NCBI GenBank assembly: GCA_965232345.1
Contig: OZ246969.1
Span: forward strand, 2,369,613-2,433,612
From: Arenicellales bacterium
GTDB taxonomy: Bacteria > Pseudomonadota > Gammaproteobacteria > Arenicellales > JAJDZL01
Reading direction: 5' to 3'
DNA length: 64,000 bases
The position numbers were made by a program, and so were the translations under genes. Numbering within the stretch: position 1 is the stretch's first letter; every line of letters begins with the position of its first letter. Below, piece by piece: positions 63,710 to 64,000 of this stretch. The notes beneath the pieces are model-generated. The model was given only the letters and a program-made list of their open reading frames with translations. It searched no databases and was not told where the DNA came from.

Positions 63710-64000
63710 ATGACGGCCATGTTCATCAGAAAGACCAAGACCGCCACCAACAGGGACGGCACGGCGCGCGGCAGCTACCGGCTGGTGCAGAGCGAGCGCG
63801 ACGGCGAGAAGGTGCGCCAGCGCACGCTTTTGAACCTGGGCGCCAGCTTCAGCGTTGAAAAAGAAAAATGGAAGCTTTTATGCCAGCGCGTCGGGGAGCT
63901 GCTGGCGGCGCAGCACAGCTTCGACTTCGCGGGGCCCGACCCGGAGCTCGAGTCCGAGGCCCGGCGGATCGCCAAACGGCTGCTGGAGCGGCGCGGAACC
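63710..64000 (+). CDS. N-terminal part of an IS1634/IS4-superfamily-like transposase; runs off the window
   Basis: My own translation: MTAMFIRKTKTATNRDGTARGSYRLVQSERDGEKVRQRTLLNLGASF... This resembles the conserved N-terminus of IS1634-family transposases (from memory). Open to the window end, so it is absent from the ORF track. Confidence 0.55.
   Translation, partial: MTAMFIRKTKTATNRDGTARGSYRLVQSERDGEKVRQRTLLNLGASFSVEKEKWKLLCQRVGELLAAQHSFDFAGPDPELESEARRIAKRLLERRGT

Noticed and set aside
63514-63762. 82-aa minus-strand ORF next to the IS5 right end, considered as the displaced 5' part of the 61482-62135 ORF
   Set aside because: With the IS and one TAA copy removed, the two ORFs fall in different frames by my count. 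The ORF also overlaps the start region of the IS1634-like transposase on the other strand and has no recognisable features.
1-64000. CRISPR arrays, rRNA genes, large tandem repeats
   Set aside because: Reading both strands, I saw no regularly spaced 25-40-nt direct repeats and no rRNA-like conserved stretches. The only long exact repeat is the 22-bp att pair.

Overview
This is a bacterial chromosomal window with a backbone of about 50% GC (my hand count: 50/100 at 14201-14300). Gene content and order look gammaproteobacterial, which is an inference; I cannot name the organism.

Positions 1-24.4 kb and 59.7-61.2 kb carry ordinary housekeeping genes:
- mpl (partial), rnd, class I fumarase, a DUF349 protein, dinB, a rhodanese, relA, an NRDE-family protein and a cupin
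- rlmE-ftsH-glmM, a Zn-ADH, a proline iminopeptidase, sixA-ppx and metZ
- one low-GC islet carrying a single Fic gene

Between sixA and metZ lies an integrated element of about 35.3 kb, bounded by a perfect 22-bp direct repeat (24409-24430 and 59710-59731). It encodes:
- a nearly complete GI-type conjugative T4SS mating-pair-formation gene set (ICEclc / PAPI-1 / SPI-7 / ICEHin1056-like, TIGR0374x-0375x families)
- an R64/PAPI-1-like type IVb pilus cluster (pilL, N, O, P, Q, R, S, V plus a prepilin peptidase)
- ParB-like, DUF2857-like, STY4528-like and ArdC-like genes
- two tyrosine recombinases

I see no relaxase, coupling protein, ParA or DnaB inside the repeats. The element is also compositionally chimeric. 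A block of about 8.5 kb at 64-84% GC holds both recombinases, the last two T4SS genes, dapE-argD and an orphan ABC ATPase. This block is spliced into an element that is otherwise about 50% GC, and it interrupts the T4SS operon.

The 3' end of the window carries an IS5-family IS with 16-bp inverted repeats and the start of an IS1634-like transposase. I found no rRNA, tRNA or CRISPR array. All family names come from reading the translations from memory; no database search was run.
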